A stretch of DNA of 64,000 nucleotides from a virus (IMGVR_UViG_3300035208_004923:288001-352000), one strand, 5' to 3'. Shown: positions 39,973 through 51,301, numbered from the stretch's first letter. Numbers and translations are program-made. The notes: a model not told the origin generated them from the letters alone.

Positions 39973-40254
39973 TTAAGCTTTTTCAAATCTCGATGAATTT
40001 AAAGAACGAATATCTTTTGAACTATCTTCAATTGCGTATACTCGTAAGTTACTTCCATCATATCCATCTGCAATAAAAATCTGTCCAATTGGGTATTTCT
40101 TAAATCCTGCAATTGCGGAACCTAACATTGTATGCTCACTTTTTTGGACTTCATTATATGCAGCATCTGTTAATTTTACTTTATCACCTCTTTTAAAATT
40201 AGATGAATTTGATTCATTGATGAATTCTTCGATTGTAGGTATTCTTCTTTTCAT
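39973..40254 (-). CDS. RIPT-leader protein (SH3-like cargo)
   Basis: MKRRIPTIEEFINES-NSSNFKRGDKVKL; start moved to 40254. Confidence 0.75.
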   Translation of the reverse strand: MKRRIPTIEEFINESNSSNFKRGDKVKLTDAAYNEVQKSEHTMLGSAIAGFKKYPIGQIFIADGYDGSNLRVYAIEDSSKDIRSLNSSRFEKA

Positions 40255-40255
40255 A

Positions 40256-40537
40256 TTATTCGCCTGTAACGTCTGACCACGTGTATATGTTATTTGCATT
40301 TTTCGTTATTGATAAAATGACAGTCTCATCTTTTTCAAGTTTTCTTTCAAGCCATTCGATAATTCCTTTGCCATTTGTTATGCTTGTAATTGTCGATTCT
40401 TCAACTTTTGGCGCAGGTGCTGTTTCAGCTTCCTCATCTGTTGTTATGAATGCATCAAACGTTTTGAATTTTTCTTCTTGATTTTCTTGTTCGTTTGGAA
40501 CTTCTGAATTGATTAATTCTTTAAAATCTTTTATCAT
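40256..40537 (-). CDS. Acidic protein with degenerate leader motifs
   Basis: MIKDFKELINSE...KFKTFDAFITTDEE. Confidence 0.6.
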   Translation of the reverse strand: MIKDFKELINSEVPNEQENQEEKFKTFDAFITTDEEAETAPAPKVEESTITSITNGKGIIEWLERKLEKDETVILSITKNANNIYTWSDVTGE

Positions 40538-40544
40538 GATTACT

Positions 40545-41225
40545 TTATTTTGTTAAGCTTGCGTATAATGCAGCATAGTGTTCTGCTTTTTGTTTTATTT
40601 CAGCAATACGAGTTTTCATTCTGGCTTGGTCAATTTCTTGTACGCCATTGCTAATCCAATCTGTTGTTTTTGCCTTTGTTTTTGCAATTTCTTCTGTTGG
40701 CGCTTGCACAAATTCAACAGTTCCGCCATAACCCCAACCTTTATATGGGTCAGTGTATATAAATACTTCAAACCATTTATCTTTGAATGCTTCTGGCATT
40801 TTTTCATACATATAAGATTCGATATCATTCCATCCTATCCATTTGCCATTATCATATTCCAAATCAACACTTGTTCCTGCAATTCTATCAGTTGTAATAA
40901 CTTTTATATCATTATTGCTATCTATATAAAATGTATATTTGCCATTAAATGAAGAAGGACCCCATTGTCTGTCTAGTGCTTTCGTGTAACTTTTCGATTG
41001 CAAAATTTCTGAAAACCATCCATGGCCTTTTGCTTCATTTGATACAAATTTTTTAATGATATCATATGTATCAGGACCAAATTTTATAGGACTTAATCCT
41101 TTTAAAATTTTACTTAGATACTTTATAAGTGCATTATCGACATCGGTATTTCTTGCTTCATTTAATACATTAATTTTTTGATTTTCATTAATGTATTCTT
41201 CAATCGTTGGTATTCTTCTATTCAT
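40545..41225 (-). CDS. RIPT-leader protein
   Basis: MNRRIPTIEEYINEN..VLNEA; late-type promoter at 41241. Confidence 0.75.
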   Translation of the reverse strand: MNRRIPTIEEYINENQKINVLNEARNTDVDNALIKYLSKILKGLSPIKFGPDTYDIIKKFVSNEAKGHGWFSEILQSKSYTKALDRQWGPSSFNGKYTFYIDSNNDIKVITTDRIAGTSVDLEYDNGKWIGWNDIESYMYEKMPEAFKDKWFEVFIYTDPYKGWGYGGTVEFVQAPTEEIAKTKAKTTDWISNGVQEIDQARMKTRIAEIKQKAEHYAALYASLTK

Positions 41226-41261
41226 ATAAAACTTATTTTATTATATATTCACAAATAAAAC

Positions 41262-41996
41262 TTAAAATAATCCTTTTGCGCCTTTATGATCTTTTTGAAA
41301 ATAACAAAAAAGACATTTGTGTGCACATTGCGCTCTACTATTCAACAATTCAAATTTATTATCTAAACAATGACAAGTAGTTCGTTGGTATCCTGCTGGT
41401 TTTCCAGGTTCAACTCCAAGAATTTGACAATCCAATTCTGATATACAAGGTGTTGACGGTAATCCTTCTTCTGCACATAATGCTGGCATTTCAAATTCTC
41501 GCCATATTCTTTTTCTTATATCTAAAGGTAAATTGAAAGATGTGTATTTTAATTGAAAACCTTTTTCTTCAATTCTTTTTTGCGTATGTGGATAGTTATC
41601 GTAAAACGATATTCTTACTCTACACATGTTTTCTTTAAGATTTGCTTTTGCCTCTTTCCACACATTTATCGAATTATACATATAATTGGATATTGGCATT
41701 ATCGGGTCAATTCTTAAAACAACACGTTGCGGACCTAATAATTCAACAAATTTATAAAGGTATTCTAAACTTTCTTTTGCGGATGGTGCATTAGGTTCTA
41801 AAGCAGTTCCACCATTTCCTGTTATTGTACAATGCACAATAATATTATAAGGTACATTAAGTTCGCTTATAATTTCATATATTTTTTTAGGGTTTTTAGA
41901 TATAATGATTGCGGGATTCTTTTCAGATACCCATTTAATCCAACGATGGTCAAATGCAGCATCCCCATGTTCCGTAATTCCTATTTTTCTCGACAT
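41262..41996 (-). CDS. DUF1848-like (radical SAM-related) protein
   Basis: SKNP, HCTITG.G...LEPNAP, VVLRIDP, QR..CHC, CAHKCLFCY. Confidence 0.7.
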   Translation of the reverse strand: MSRKIGITEHGDAAFDHRWIKWVSEKNPAIIISKNPKKIYEIISELNVPYNIIVHCTITGNGGTALEPNAPSAKESLEYLYKFVELLGPQRVVLRIDPIMPISNYMYNSINVWKEAKANLKENMCRVRISFYDNYPHTQKRIEEKGFQLKYTSFNLPLDIRKRIWREFEMPALCAEEGLPSTPCISELDCQILGVEPGKPAGYQRTTCHCLDNKFELLNSRAQCAHKCLFCYFQKDHKGAKGLF

Positions 41997-42040
41997 CTAT
42001 AATTTTTGTTTTTTGTTATATATTCATATTTTTAAACTGA

Positions 42041-42086
42041 AAAACCTTGACTAATATCACTAAAAGCAATCGTAGTCAAGGTTTTT
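42041..42086 (-). terminator. Hairpin after thyX
   Basis: aaaaccttgacta...tagtcaaggtttt; same stem base as the hairpins at 11203 and 11797. Confidence 0.6.
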
Positions 42087-42118
42087 GATTATTTTAGAAT
42101 CGCGATATCACGTATTCT

Positions 42119-42847
42119 TTAGAATGTGATATCATCAAAAATAATTGGAATTTGTTTTTTGAAATCCTCAAGTAACGGAATTGTCAATTCACGCATTTGT
42201 GGATGTGCTGCGGTAGAACAACGAAGTTTGAAAAAATGTCTCCATTCACGAAGATTGCATGCCATATTGATTTCTGTTTTTAATGAATTTGGCAATACCG
42301 CTCTTGCTTCTTGAGGTTTCCAACCACGTTTTAATAAAGATTGATATGAAATTTCAGCAGTTGCCATTGCATTTAAAAATACAAGTTCATTGTAATCTTT
42401 ATCTGTAAATTCTTGTTCTTCGGGTATTTCTGCAAATTGTTTTGCAATAAGTTTACTGTCATGAATTCCTAATTGAATTTCATCAACCCATGGCGGTAGT
42501 ATAAATTGAATATCAGCACCATTTTTTTGTTCGTCAGAGTAATCAACATATCGTGTTGATTCTTGAGCAAAACTTGCAATACGATGTCTTACTAGTTCGT
42601 GTGAAACACCACGATCACAAGTGAACTTAACAGATATCATTCCACCAAATTCAAGCATTGCTTCATGACCTTTTGAAAGCAGAACACCTTTGATTAATTT
42701 TCTAGCAGAAATAGCTTCACCATTTTCTCCATGTTCAATTCGACCTTCGGATTTATAACATGTGCGAGCAGCAACTTCAATTTGTTTTAGAATTTGTTCT
42801 CCATCTATTGGAGTAGTAATTGTGTAAGAAGGTTTTATTAATTTCAT
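42119..42847 (-). CDS. thyX: FAD-dependent thymidylate synthase
   Basis: AARTCYKS, GHEAMLE, RGVSHELVRHRIASFAQESTRYV, EARAVLP, NLREWRHFFKLR. Confidence 0.96.
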   Translation of the reverse strand: MKLIKPSYTITTPIDGEQILKQIEVAARTCYKSEGRIEHGENGEAISARKLIKGVLLSKGHEAMLEFGGMISVKFTCDRGVSHELVRHRIASFAQESTRYVDYSDEQKNGADIQFILPPWVDEIQLGIHDSKLIAKQFAEIPEEQEFTDKDYNELVFLNAMATAEISYQSLLKRGWKPQEARAVLPNSLKTEINMACNLREWRHFFKLRCSTAAHPQMRELTIPLLEDFKKQIPIIFDDITF

Positions 42848-42883
42848 AAAAATAAAAGGATTAATGTATAATATTTGTATACA

Positions 42884-43522
42884 TTAATCCTTAATAGTTT
42901 TAGGTAATTTTAATGAGTAATACGGATTATACTGATATGCAATTAACGGATATGCTAATTCGATATTTGCATATTTTGTAATGATTCCTCTGTTTTTATT
43001 ATATCTTTCAATCGTTAAATAGCCATTCATTATACCTTGGTATGTTCCACGACCAAGACATTTAATGTACTTCTTTTTTAATTTTCTAGGCAGTTTCATT
43101 TTCGATTGAAATAGGAACAACTTCGATAAACTCAGGTGCCATATAAAGATGCATTAAAGTTCCGCATTCTCGCGAATCTAAACTGCAATATTTGTACTTC
43201 TTTTTGCCGTACCACGTACGATAAGGTATTTCAACCATAAAATCATGTACGTATTCAGATTGTCGAAGTATTTCTTCTTTTTCTGCTTCAGTACTTACCG
43301 TAATTTTTAACATGATATTCCTGTTGGCTTGTGAATTACTTTTATTGCTGTTACTTCGTACCGAGGATTTCTTTCGAAACGATCATTTGATACATCACAT
43401 TGAACAAACTCAATTGTTATTTCATTTACCGGTACTTTAAGATCTGCAGCAATTAATTCAGCTAATTGCTTCTTCTTAATTTCATACGTTTTTGTAACGT
43501 TTTCACCATTTATGATTCCCAT
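42884..43522 (-). other. Small hypothetical CDS 42884-43120, 43086-43313, 43307-43522
   Basis: Packed ORFs. Confidence 0.5.
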
Positions 43523-43523
43523 A

Positions 43524-44192
43524 TTACTTTGTATTATTTATATGAATGTCAACTACTTTTCTTTTAAATTGTCCAAGATTATATTTATCTTTATTGCCGG
43601 TGTATCCGCCATGTTTAAAACCTTTTTCTGTCCATATGAAAAAATCAGCAGGACCTTTTAAGCCTTTTTGAAAAATAACAACGTCATTTTTAGTTGAACC
43701 TTGAGAAACAAATTTAATCGTGCAATTTTCTCCACCCCATGAAACTGTGTTAGGACATGCGTGTATAAGATTTTCAATTGAATGCTTAATATCAATTGGC
43801 AATTGCGTTATTTCGATATCTTGGTCGTATACGTTAATGTTATTTTGATATTCTTTTATTTTTGCTTCCCATTTTTTGTTTTTATGCAAAATTTCTGGCA
43901 AGATATCATTTACAATATCAATTCCGGTTTTTTCACCAAGTTCGATATAAATACTTAATAAACATTGTAAAGCATCGGCCAATTCTTCCTTTAAGTGTTC
44001 TTTATCGTATGGCTTATAAGTATGTCCTAAGTACTTCAATGCTTCAGCTGTCATTTCACCAAATTCTTCATCGAACTTCATGAACTTTGCTTCAATCGGT
44101 TTTGTTTCAAGTTTATTCAATCTTTCGATGTCATCAAGGATTACATGCAATTGCAATCCTAGTATTGTGTTTCTGTCGAGATTATGATTCAT
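43524..44192 (-). CDS. MazG-like NTP pyrophosphohydrolase fused to an unknown C-terminal domain
   Basis: KFDEEFGEM...LKEELADALQC...KNKKW; GPAD/HGxYTG domain. Confidence 0.75.
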   Translation of the reverse strand: MNHNLDRNTILGLQLHVILDDIERLNKLETKPIEAKFMKFDEEFGEMTAEALKYLGHTYKPYDKEHLKEELADALQCLLSIYIELGEKTGIDIVNDILPEILHKNKKWEAKIKEYQNNINVYDQDIEITQLPIDIKHSIENLIHACPNTVSWGGENCTIKFVSQGSTKNDVVIFQKGLKGPADFFIWTEKGFKHGGYTGNKDKYNLGQFKRKVVDIHINNTK

Positions 44193-44724
44193 GATATTTT
44201 ATGTTATTTTTATTAACGTTATTAATATAATATGCAAGTTCAACAATTGTGTATGATTCTTTATATCCGGTGTATGCACCATGATAAAATTTGCCTTCTT
44301 TGTAATAGAACCAATCAGCAGGTCCTCGTACGCCTGCCTCGAAAACAATGATATCGTCGTATGTTGGATTTCCGCTTACAAATTCAATCGTTTTATTTTT
44401 ACCGCCTCTTGAAACCATGTCAGGATACATTGCGACCAATTCGTCAATCATACCATTTATTTCCTTTGGTAATTTTGAATCGTTTTCGCCAGATAAAAGA
44501 ATCAAAAATGAATTAGTTTTTAATGGACATTCCTCAAAAATTTCGTGTTTGATTGTAGGTTCAACATTTGAATCGTTATGATAAGCAAGTAACTTAAAAT
44601 AACTACCTTCATTTAACGTATCTTTATGATTACACGAAATTTGAAACATTGAGCCAGAACCTTTTATAAAATGCTTATAAACAAACGGACAATTATGGCA
44701 GTTTGTTACTTTGATTTCTTCCAT
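44182..44724 (-). CDS. Hypothetical protein: Cys-rich N-terminus plus the same GPAD/HGxYTG domain
   Basis: CHNCPF...CPL; C-terminal ~80 aa homologous to 43524-44192. Confidence 0.65.
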   Translation of the reverse strand: MEEIKVTNCHNCPFVYKHFIKGSGSMFQISCNHKDTLNEGSYFKLLAYHNDSNVEPTIKHEIFEECPLKTNSFLILLSGENDSKLPKEINGMIDELVAMYPDMVSRGGKNKTIEFVSGNPTYDDIIVFEAGVRGPADWFYYKEGKFYHGAYTGYKESYTIVELAYYINNVNKNNIKYHES

Positions 44725-44725
44725 A

Positions 44726-46924
44726 TTATTTTTTTATAAATGATAATGTATTTCCGTTAACTATTGCAATATAATATCCAGCAGATAAATTTTCAACATT
44801 AATTGATTCTTCATCTGTAATTTCTTTTTCTATTACAGAAACACCATTTGCACCTATAATTTTTACTTTAGATGTTCCTATATTTTTAATTTTAATATAA
44901 TCAGTTGTAGGATTTGGATATATTGAAATTTCATTTGTAATAATACCAACGGCCGTAGTATCTCCAACCGATGTAGTATCTTCAATTCCTGCTTGAATAA
45001 TTATGATTGTTTTTGATACGTTGCCTACAGGTTTTACCTCATCTGCCGCATATACTGTGATTTTAGCAGTTCTCTTTGTTTTTGTCGTATTTGCGCTTGC
45101 GGTAAATGATATTGAGTTTTGATTGCCAACAGTAGTTACAGTTAACCATGTTTGGTCAGAATTTACTTGTATGTAACCTGCATTTGATATTGCATACAGA
45201 TTTTTAAAATTCGATGAACTTGATAAGACAATTGTTGCTGTATCAATTGTTATAATAACATCAGCAGGTTCTTGGGTAACAATTATTGAATCTTTTACAT
45301 TTCCTGCCCAAACAGTAACCTTTGCATGTCGGGGTATTGACATTGGATTTGCTTGTGCAGTAAATGTAATTACAGAATTTGTGATTGCTGCAGTTAACCA
45401 TGGTTCTGATGAAATTGGATAAAGCGAAGTATTTGAAGTAACTGTTACTGTTGCAATACTGTTAGTATCTTTACCAATACTTATAGAATCTTTCAAAATT
45501 GTTATTGTGCCATTGCCTGGTTTTTGTATAATCGTTAATGTTTTAGATGCGGGAACTCCTTTAATTGAATAAAGAATATGTGCTGTAGCAGTTCGAGTGG
45601 TTACATTTGGGTTTTCTTCAATTGCTTTAAATTCAATTGTTCCATTTCCATTTGTTTGCAAATTACTTGTGGTTAACCAAGAATCATTTGATTCAACAGT
45701 CCATGTTGCATTTGATGATACATTGAAAGATACCGTACTGTTTTTTGTGTAATCAATTGTTGCAGTCGTTGAAACAAGGTCAATATATTCGATACCTGCA
45801 GGTTGTGTAATTGTTATGATTTGGTCAGCAATGCCGTTTCCTTTAATTGTAACTGTTGCAGTTCTGTCAATAAGTGTTGGATTTACAGATGCAATCAAGT
45901 TAATAGTTGTTCCATTTGTTGTTAAACTTAACCATGTTTGGTCAGATGTAGCAGTCCATTGTACATTTGCATCAATTGTAACATTTGCTGTATTTACAAT
46001 ATTAATAGTATTTGATGTAACGGATATGTATGGACTTTCGCCTTCTTGCACAATTGTCAAAGTATCTGCTATTGTATCCGCATAACTAGTTGAATTGGTA
46101 GTTAATTGTGTTGTTGCTATTACAATTTTTGCAGTTCTTTTTGATGTAGTATGATTTGCTGATAACGTATATGAAACTGTACCGCCATCCAATCCAGTTG
46201 AATTATTAATAGTTATCCATGGCGAATCTGATGTTGCTGTCCAATCGCCTTGTCCTGTAAATGTGTTATCATATGATGCAGAAGTACTTGGCACTGTATC
46301 AACCGTTTTTGTCAATAATACGCCATTCATTTCAAATATGTACGTAGATGCGGGGATAGTTACCAAGTTTTTATACAATTGCAATGAACCGAACGGAACA
46401 TAATAACTGACAGTATATGTACTATACGTTAAATTTGTAGGAGGGACTTTCGAGAAAAGATAAATGAAACTCCTATTTGCTTTTGTTCCACACAACGTGA
46501 ACATTGCATATGAACCGATTGACGTTACATTTTTTGGTATAGCTAACCATCTAAGCGATGTGCATTGATAAAATGCGTATTTTCCGATTGCTGTCAATGA
46601 TTGCGGTAATTTAATCCAAGTAATGACAAACCGATAAAACGCACTGTCGGGGAGTGCATTATTTGCATAAATTTTAGTTCCACTGTTATATTCAACAATG
46701 TTAGCATTTGATAAATCAACTGTCTTTAATTGATTTTTCATTGTTGTCATGAACACAAAATCACGGTAATCAATAGGACCAGTTACGATTAAATCGGTAA
46801 CTGTTGTAGTAGTAAATTTCACTGACATTTCGCCAGCGGCAGTAGAGTTGTACGTTGAGTACACTTGGGCGTTTACTGCGATTGCAATAAAAAATCCCGT
46901 CAATAAAAGGAATAGTTTTTTCAT
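44726..46924 (-). CDS. T9SS type A substrate: signal peptide, BspA-type LRR, BACON repeats, CTD
   Basis: LPQSLTAIGKYAFYQCTSL; about 5 W..SD..WL...N....R.A.V units; ISIYPNPTTDYI...LSAGYYI...SFIKK. Confidence 0.88.
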   Translation of the reverse strand: MKKLFLLLTGFFIAIAVNAQVYSTYNSTAAGEMSVKFTTTTVTDLIVTGPIDYRDFVFMTTMKNQLKTVDLSNANIVEYNSGTKIYANNALPDSAFYRFVITWIKLPQSLTAIGKYAFYQCTSLRWLAIPKNVTSIGSYAMFTLCGTKANRSFIYLFSKVPPTNLTYSTYTVSYYVPFGSLQLYKNLVTIPASTYIFEMNGVLLTKTVDTVPSTSASYDNTFTGQGDWTATSDSPWITINNSTGLDGGTVSYTLSANHTTSKRTAKIVIATTQLTTNSTSYADTIADTLTIVQEGESPYISVTSNTINIVNTANVTIDANVQWTATSDQTWLSLTTNGTTINLIASVNPTLIDRTATVTIKGNGIADQIITITQPAGIEYIDLVSTTATIDYTKNSTVSFNVSSNATWTVESNDSWLTTSNLQTNGNGTIEFKAIEENPNVTTRTATAHILYSIKGVPASKTLTIIQKPGNGTITILKDSISIGKDTNSIATVTVTSNTSLYPISSEPWLTAAITNSVITFTAQANPMSIPRHAKVTVWAGNVKDSIIVTQEPADVIITIDTATIVLSSSSNFKNLYAISNAGYIQVNSDQTWLTVTTVGNQNSISFTASANTTKTKRTAKITVYAADEVKPVGNVSKTIIIIQAGIEDTTSVGDTTAVGIITNEISIYPNPTTDYIKIKNIGTSKVKIIGANGVSVIEKEITDEESINVENLSAGYYIAIVNGNTLSFIKK

Positions 46925-46952
46925 TTTGTTTAAGAATTGGTTAAATTATATG

Positions 46953-46992
46953 TAAAATCAAATATAAACTATATTTGATGTAATAGCAATAG
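46953..46992 (-). promoter_or_regulatory. Class 1 early promoter, variant
   Basis: taaaatcaaatataaactatatttgatgtaatagcaatag. Confidence 0.7.
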
Positions 46993-47017
46993 AAAATGAA
47001 ATTATTTTCAAAAAAAG

Positions 47018-47830
47018 TTAAAATAATGTTACAGATTTTTCAACAAGTTTTTTTCCTTCAGTTATTTTTGCAAATTCTTTGATAATTTTACGGAATTCTT
47101 CTGGAATTATTCGCAAAACGCGTTCTGCTAATTCATTAGGCAATTTTTCATAAAACACATATGCAAGGCCACAAGCAATTGCAGCCAATGTATCGGTATC
47201 TCCACCATGCATAATGCTTTCTCTAAGTACTTCGGTAAAATCATTTCCAGTAAAGAAACAATTGAATGCTTCATGAACACCTGTTATCGAATGTAAAGAA
47301 TTTTTACGTGTATCAACATCACCTGGTTTTTTGTATTCATAACCATATGTTGATTTCAACATTTTGTACAATTCAGATTTATCTTTGCAAGTTCGCGCCA
47401 TGAATGTTACATGAGCAAGTTGCATTACAGCGTCAAGCGAATCTGTATGATTATGTGTGCATGATGATTGTTTTACAGCTTGTCTTAAAACTGTTGGCAA
47501 ATCGTTGTAAAATAACGGAATTGATAACCCACGCATTGCTGAACCATTTCCATAGCTGTTGTACGCAGCTCTATCACCGGCAGTATTTGCCCATTTTGTA
47601 AACATTCCGCCGTATCCCATTCTTGGGTATTTTCTAGCATATTTTTGAATCATCATATCAAATGGACGGTTTTTCAATAAAGCTTCAGAAACAGCCAATG
47701 TTAAAATTGTATCATCTGTAAAACGATTTGCCTTTGTTATAAATTTGAACTCTGGGCTGATATCAGTTTTCCATTCCTTTGTTGACCCAACAACATCGCC
47801 GATTACAGCGCCAAGTAAAAAGTATTTCAT
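47018..47830 (-). CDS. ADP-ribosylglycohydrolase (DraG/ARH family)
   Basis: GAVIGDVVGS, FTDDT, SYGNGSAMR, THNH, GGDTDTLAAIA. Confidence 0.93.
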   Translation of the reverse strand: MKYFLLGAVIGDVVGSTKEWKTDISPEFKFITKANRFTDDTILTLAVSEALLKNRPFDMMIQKYARKYPRMGYGGMFTKWANTAGDRAAYNSYGNGSAMRGLSIPLFYNDLPTVLRQAVKQSSCTHNHTDSLDAVMQLAHVTFMARTCKDKSELYKMLKSTYGYEYKKPGDVDTRKNSLHSITGVHEAFNCFFTGNDFTEVLRESIMHGGDTDTLAAIACGLAYVFYEKLPNELAERVLRIIPEEFRKIIKEFAKITEGKKLVEKSVTLF

Positions 47831-47831
47831 G

Positions 47832-50753
47832 TTATGCCATTTGTTTTTTTAATTCAGCAATTCTTTTTTCTAAATTTTCTATAGTATTTTGCAGTTCAAC
47901 ATTATCCTTGAATGCGTCAACCGTAATTATTTGTAATCCTTGATATAATTTTGTAGCGGATTCATTAATATGTTTCAACGCTGTTTTTTTGGTTCCTAAT
48001 AAATTTGAACTAATGAAAGGGTCAATCCCAACTCGAACGCGTTCTTTATAAACAGTATCAATACAGTATGTATCTTGTAACGTTAATTTAATGTTATTTG
48101 CGATAATTGGTGTTCTTAATGTTTTGTTATGTTGTTGTAGTAACAATTTTCACAATTCAACGTCAACATCTTTTTTATTACGTTCAGCATAAATTTTATG
48201 CACGATATCATAAAATGCAGCGGTAAATGTATCGTGACAAATAATTACAAGTGGTTTTGACCTGCGACCGTCTGCAATTGGAAATTTTAACGATAAATTC
48301 ATTCTTGATGAATTTTTTGCAATTGATGTTTTATCGCCATAAATTTTATGCACCCAAATTTTACCGTTTTTTTTCAGTAAATACCCATTTTACAGATTTT
48401 GTTTTGATTGTAGTATCTTCCATTTCAATAGTTGTACTGATGTTTTTCCATTTATTTGCAGGAATCAACGTTACATGCAAACCAATTGCTTTTGCGTAGT
48501 TAAAAGCACCAGTTTCTCTAAAAAGTTCAAAATCTTTTAAATAAGATTGACGGATTTTTGGATTTTCAATTATTGTCATAAGTAGTGATTTTTAATGTTT
48601 TTATCAATTAATTAAAATCAAATATACAACATTTATGATGCAATAGCAATAGTTTTGGCAATTATTTTTGATAAATTTCGTGAACTACAATTTTCATTTT
48701 TGCAATATCTTGCGAAACGATTCTTAAAGCTTCATCTCGATTATTTTTTTCAGGATACTCTCTTACGCATTCATCACCAATCCATAACATTGCTTTATAT
48801 GAACGGCTTTTCACAACGTCTTCAACCGTTACATTTAATTTCACAATATCATTTGAAACAATTACATCATCCTCAACAACTTTCGGTTGTTCATTGTTTA
48901 CTGTATTAAATGATACGTCCAATGTTTTCTTTTGTTGTTCTAATCTTTGCGTTCTGAGATTTTCATCAATATCATCTTGATTAAGACCAAGTTGTCCGTA
49001 TAAACTTGCAGATTCAACCTTGACTGGGATTCCTTTATAATCAATACATGCTTTTTCATAAATATTCAAATCTTCAACATCTGGTAACAATGTATCTGAA
49101 TCAAAGCCATCAACTTTTGATAAATAATACTTTATGACATGATACATATCAGGTCCAACAACGAATTTACAACGTTTATCGAAAACATCATACATTCTTT
49201 TGTACTCTAACTTTGCAACTTCGCCTACTGTGTTTGCGATACGATATTTTAAAATGGTTTTTATAGACATATACATTCTATATCCAATTGTTGATTTTGG
49301 AAATTTGTCTTTAACTATAAACGAATAGCTATTCTCGCTTCCTTCAATCAATCGCGTACATGTTCCATTTTTATGAAACTTATAAATAGAATATGGCAAA
49401 GTTACAATATCTCGTACTTTTATAATATAGTCATCCGAATAAGTCCATGGCATATTCAGTATGTGCGCATAAAAGCTATAAATTAATGAACTTTTTAATA
49501 TGTGTAATTCAATACTTCTATTCGTTGCTGCTTGTCTGTACAATTCTGTTCCGTATACTGTCATATTCTTAATTGTTTTCAATTATAATTCCTAATGCTT
49601 TAGACAAAACCCGTTCTGTTAATGAATCAAAATCAGGTAATTCCAATTCATCATTTGTTTTGACTTTTATTGTTTTAAATGCAACGCCATCAGCATCAAG
49701 TATTTCCATGCGATAAAATATTTCATCTCGTACATTAACACCAACTTCATAAGTTACAGTAAAGTCATTACTTAATTCATAAACTGCTTTAATTTTATGC
49801 GCATTTTTTGCAACAATTGATGCGGCTGTTATTTCGATTTTTTCATCAAAGAAAAAGTTTTCAATAACATCAATTTCTTCTGCTGCATTTATAATATGTT
49901 CGCATGAACTGCTTATGCTTATATTTAATTCCATTCTAACGTTTTTTAGGGTTCATTACATTGTCTAATGATAAATTGGCAGATTCCTTTGTTTTAAAGA
50001 AATTGTTTGTTCTTTTACGATACGTTGTTTTATAATCGTCAGAAACGTAAGTATCTTGACAAACTTTACCACTAGAATTGATAAACCAATAAAAAGTTGG
50101 TATATGAATATTATCTTCGATAACAGTGCATATTACCTTAGTTCCATTTTTAAGTGAATACTTATGAGGAACACCAGGCGTTGTTGATTGCAATACTTCT
50201 TGAACAATAAGTGCTGTTTTTTCACCTATTCCATTACCTATTACTTTAACCTTGTCAGGTCTTAAGTAAACAGAATCGCCTTTTTTATATTTTGGCATTG
50301 CAAATTCAACAAAGAAATGTGGTTCTTTTGTTGGGTCAAACATGCATGGTGCTGATGTTGTGTTCCAGTACCATACGCCTACACCTCTATCTGATACCAT
50401 GTCTCCTACGTTATATCCGCCAGGAAATTTTGATTTTAAAATAAATGTTCTTACTTGTGGCATATCTTTCAATTTTAAATTTTATTTTATATACAGAAAT
50501 TTCAATTAGTTTTACTTAATATTTCAAAATTATATGCATGACCTGTTTGTGAGACAACAAATTTAACTTTCATGCCAATATACGGTTTTATTGATTGCCG
50601 TTGCATATATCCTCGGCCGCCTACGTTTTTTGCATCTATTAATACTTGCGGATAACCTTCGCCATCAATTCCTCTTACACTATCAATAAAATATGTTACC
50701 CCATCATCACCTAATACTGCAGCACTGTAACTGTCTTTTATTATTCCTTCCAT
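47832..50753 (-). other. Hypothetical CDS 47832-48146, 48150-48353, 48361-48579, 48662-49582, 49569-49934, 49936-50463, 50502-50753
   Basis: Packed ORFs with class 1/2 promoters. Confidence 0.55.
48612..48652 (-). promoter_or_regulatory. Class 1 early promoter repeat
   Basis: Consensus match. Confidence 0.85.
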
Positions 50754-51289
50754 TAAAAAATCACTTTTGCATTTTCGTTTAAATATAATTCAGGATCGTA
50801 AGAAACATATTGAATTCTTGCAATATCGTGACAATGTTTATCACGAATTCCACCAGCATCAATTGCAAATGCAGCAGATACTTTCAATTCAGTTTCTTTA
50901 TAAGTTTCTTTTGTTGCTGTTGTTGGAATCAATACTTTTAAGCCATTTCCTGACGGCGTGATAAAAGCAGCAAAAACGTAATTTAGTTTTGTTGCTCTTT
51001 TTTTCAAATCTTCAACATTTTCAACATGGTCAATGTCAAGACAAATGAATCCATTATATTCAGCCATTCCGTTTATAGAACGGGTAATGAATTGTCCTGT
51101 TGGCGTAAAAAGTGGCAACTTGTATTTAAGGTCCTCTCGTTTTTTCTTATCGGTTTCTTTGAAAATTGGTTCAACAAGATTCTTAAATTTGCCGTTTTTT
51201 ATATCAGCAAGAATTTCGGTAATATCTCTATTGCCTGAAGGCGTTGTAACTTTTACAGATGGAAATTCGGAAACAATAAATTTAGACAT
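50753..51289 (-). CDS. VirE N-terminal / BT4734-like domain protein (stand-alone)
   Basis: K.KLP.FTP.G.F..R, YNGFICLDIDH, F.TPSGNGLKV, DIARIQYVSYDPELYLN. Confidence 0.85.
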   Translation of the reverse strand: MSKFIVSEFPSVKVTTPSGNRDITEILADIKNGKFKNLVEPIFKETDKKKREDLKYKLPLFTPTGQFITRSINGMAEYNGFICLDIDHVENVEDLKKRATKLNYVFAAFITPSGNGLKVLIPTTATKETYKETELKVSAAFAIDAGGIRDKHCHDIARIQYVSYDPELYLNENAKVIF

Positions 51290-51301
51290 AATAAAAAGTT
51301 T

